A DNA stretch of 64,000 bases from Phoronis australis (taxonomy: Eukaryota; Animalia; Phoronida), in NCBI GenBank assembly GCA_002633005.1, contig NMRA01000095.1:786412-850411 (forward strand), in the 5' to 3' direction. Positions 61,901 through 64,000 of this stretch are shown piece by piece. The translations under genes were made by a program, and so were the position numbers. The notes under the pieces are model-generated. The model made no database searches. It was not told where the DNA came from and worked only from the letters and a program-made list of their open reading frames with translations. How positions within the stretch are numbered: position 1 is the first letter of the stretch; every line of letters starts with the position of its first letter.

Positions 61901-63870
61901 ATAACATAAACTTAAATTTCTAAACGTGTATTCATAACTAAGTACGTTCAAATACACATCATGATGTTCAGACACCAATATCCGTACAAGTATTTTCTCC
62001 TGTCTGGGACTAGACATATGCTTCACATAAAATAACGTCATGGTTTGATAACATACGTAAGTTTTACATAAAGACTGGACAGGTATGTCTTTCTTTATAC
62101 TGGGCCAATTAAGTATATTTTGAACCAAACTGAAAATCAATTACGTGAAAAGAAACCAGTGTTTTAGCCGTGTATTAACAACGAAGGGCGTTGTAACACG
62201 CCGTTACTGGATCGGACGGGGAGTCAGGGTGAGTCCACCGACAACGGCATTATTATTTTGAAGTAGTGTTCGCTTGGCGCAAGTCTGTTGGTAGGATATT
62301 TTTAATAGTCAACTGCCCAGACACCGTGCATCCAATAACTTATAACCAAACAACCTTTCTCAAAATTAAATCATCATGTCCCAGTGTTATTTAGAGCAAA
62401 GAACAAAGAATCTCATTAAATTTCTCAAATTAGGTCATGAGCCCACGCACGCACAATAAAGTAATAAACCTTTTATTCGTACGCAGCTAGCATAATCCCT
62501 ATTTTGTTTCCACTCGATGGGAGTCCTGATTATAGACAAGTGGAAGCCCATGATTTATGGATCAGTTGAACTCTACAAACACAGCGTATTCAATGTCTTT
62601 TTATAATTAACAACCAGATGGTGGACATGACACGCCCAAACCTACACCTGATGACGTCATCACGTGACTTCGACTTCGAATTCGACCTTGTCTTTCTTCC
62701 GATTTACCGAATACTTCTGGTTACATGCATGACCTTGCAGTGGGTCGAGATCCCTTTCCAACAGGTCCAATTATACCTATTACGTAATGATTTGTGACGT
62801 CATTGTCATTTCCTTTTGGTAGGCGGATGATGCCCCTTCCGGCTTAATTGCAACCAACATGCATGACCTTTGACATATGACCTTTGATTGATGGTCTTTG
62901 ACCGAGGTGCCTCCCAAACAACTTACTATACTACTCACGGCGTTGCCGGTTCCTTCGTCAAACCAAAATGCCCTATTCATATGAGGACCTTAATTTGCCG
63001 AAAATTGTAAACAGAAATGGGACCCAACAAAGTAACACGCTCCGAAGGCAAAGTTTTAATTATAGGTCCACCTAATGAGAAACGTTGATGATAAATTATT
63101 CAGACAACAGTTTTTGGCGGTTTCGAGAATTTTGATTTGTCCAAAAGTGGTTTCTAATTTAATCATTTAAAATTTATTTTAGATCTCTAAGTGAAGCAAT
63201 CAGCGACAATGAAGCTTGAACAAGCGCATAAAGATGATTAGGATTACACGAATTAATATCAGACTACACTTCAACAGTTGCTCCGGGACTTTTCATCTTA
63301 TGTGAATGCGTTTTACTTTTTTCAAATATCTGCAAGCCCACTGACCCTAGACATCCCTGGCTGACAATTCATGTGGCTTTCAGGAATCACCTTACCTTGG
63401 CACTCAAATATTCAAGCAATCCGGGCAATTCTTAACTCAAACTGTAAAATGTTGTAAAGCATCTAATTCAAACAGAGGATTCTAGCCACGACTCAACAGC
63501 TCCGTGGACCCCATATTAGCGGGGGGGGGGCGATTTTCTGTCGTAACATCGCTCTTTGGTAATGTCAGAGATCTTTTCCTATTTGTAGAGATGTATTTGA
63601 CTTCACGAGTCTTCAAATATCCCTGTTGCCCCGCACCGTTTACTGAGGTCAAAGCCGTGGTGCACATAAAGAGACAGTCTCTTTTCTACACATTCAACCT
63701 GGCCATGCCTGTTTCCCTCATGCTCGTGCTCACGTGCGTCGGCTTCTACGTGCCGTGTGAATCTGGAGAGAAGATAACTCTAGGCATTACGCTGTTTTTG
63801 TCGGATACCGTGTTTCTTATTATTGTGTCGAATTATCTTCCGCCGACGTCTGACACAATACCTTTCCTTT
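55965..63870 (+). CDS. Nicotinic acetylcholine receptor-like Cys-loop subunit, alpha type (gene B), partial
   Basis: Exons 55965/55971-56107 (HQLHDYLLQDYNKDIRPVKRP), 61406-61659 (CKINVAKFPFDEQFC, GSWIY) and 63589-63870 (KYPCCPAPF, M1, M2 GEKITLGITLFLSDTVF). The last two match gene A exon lengths (254 and 282 nt). Two internal exons are not visible and the 3' end runs off the window. Confidence 0.88.
56925..57309. mobile_element. MITE with inverted termini
   Basis: ctgtgcgtgaacctggaatcttgct..atctcaagat / atcttaagat..agcaagattccaagttcgcacacag. Confidence 0.7.
57312..57387 (+). pseudogene. tRNA-like sequence (tRNA pseudogene or SINE head)
   Basis: A-box tggctccgtgg, B-box ggttcgagtccc, acceptor stem gtctcgg/tcggggc with several G-U pairs, anticodon stem tctgc/gcaga, loop aaggtta lacking U33. 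Confidence 0.55.
58424..58749. repeat. 27-bp minisatellite, about 12 copies, in a gene B intron
   Basis: Unit tagtgtccactttctattgctagtgtt with graded variants; it explains the repetitive ORFs on both strands. Confidence 0.95.
59239..59552. other. Assembly gap (314 N)
   Basis: Run of N; a further 5 N lie at 52127-52131 within a G-run. Confidence 1.
59748..59962 (+). repeat. Dispersed repeat, second copy of 54698-54921
   Basis: Same blocks as 54698-54921. Confidence 0.8.
61161..61313. mobile_element. Two tandem mini-MITEs with catgggcgg/ccgcccatg-type termini
   Basis: catgggcggcgcac..taccgcccatg followed by a similar unit (gcgcaccatagggg..gcgccgccca). Confidence 0.6.
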
Positions 63871-64000
63871 GTAAGTTCGGTCTAAACAATTTATTTTAAG
63901 CAGCTAGGTACTTGCCTTCTGTCAAAAGGCCCATTTTGATTTAGACCGCTTGGGTCTGCCGTCAAATTGGTCACATATTATTCTGTTCTTACTGAAATAA

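Noticed and set aside
1-64000. Prokaryotic or phage system
   Set aside because: All recognisable genes are spliced animal genes; there are no operons or long intronless ORFs.

Overview
Eukaryotic, intron-rich, AT-rich animal DNA, most likely a marine invertebrate (inferred from gene content and repeat types). The six-frame ORF track captures only exon fragments, so genes were rebuilt by hand from splice sites and reading-frame phase. The left two thirds is a compact housekeeping cluster: RFESD-like Rieske protein (+), UFC1 (+), ZPR1 (-) and TOMM40 (+, head-to-head with ZPR1). ZPR1 carries one AT-AC U12-type intron and one GC-AG intron. The right third is a divergently transcribed pair of paralogous nicotinic-receptor-like Cys-loop subunits: a near-complete non-alpha type (-) and a partial alpha type (+). 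Both have an unusual acidic residue at M2 11', their 5' ends may interdigitate, and they share an apparent gene-conversion tract in M1. Non-coding DNA is dense with MITEs, a 721-bp foldback element, two Helentron/DINE-1-like (HINE) elements carrying arrays of CTCF-like motifs, decayed hAT and THAP remnants, tRNA-derived SINE-like heads and minisatellites. The UFC1-ZPR1-TOMM40 linkage looks like the pre-duplication neighbourhood of the three vertebrate apolipoprotein loci.
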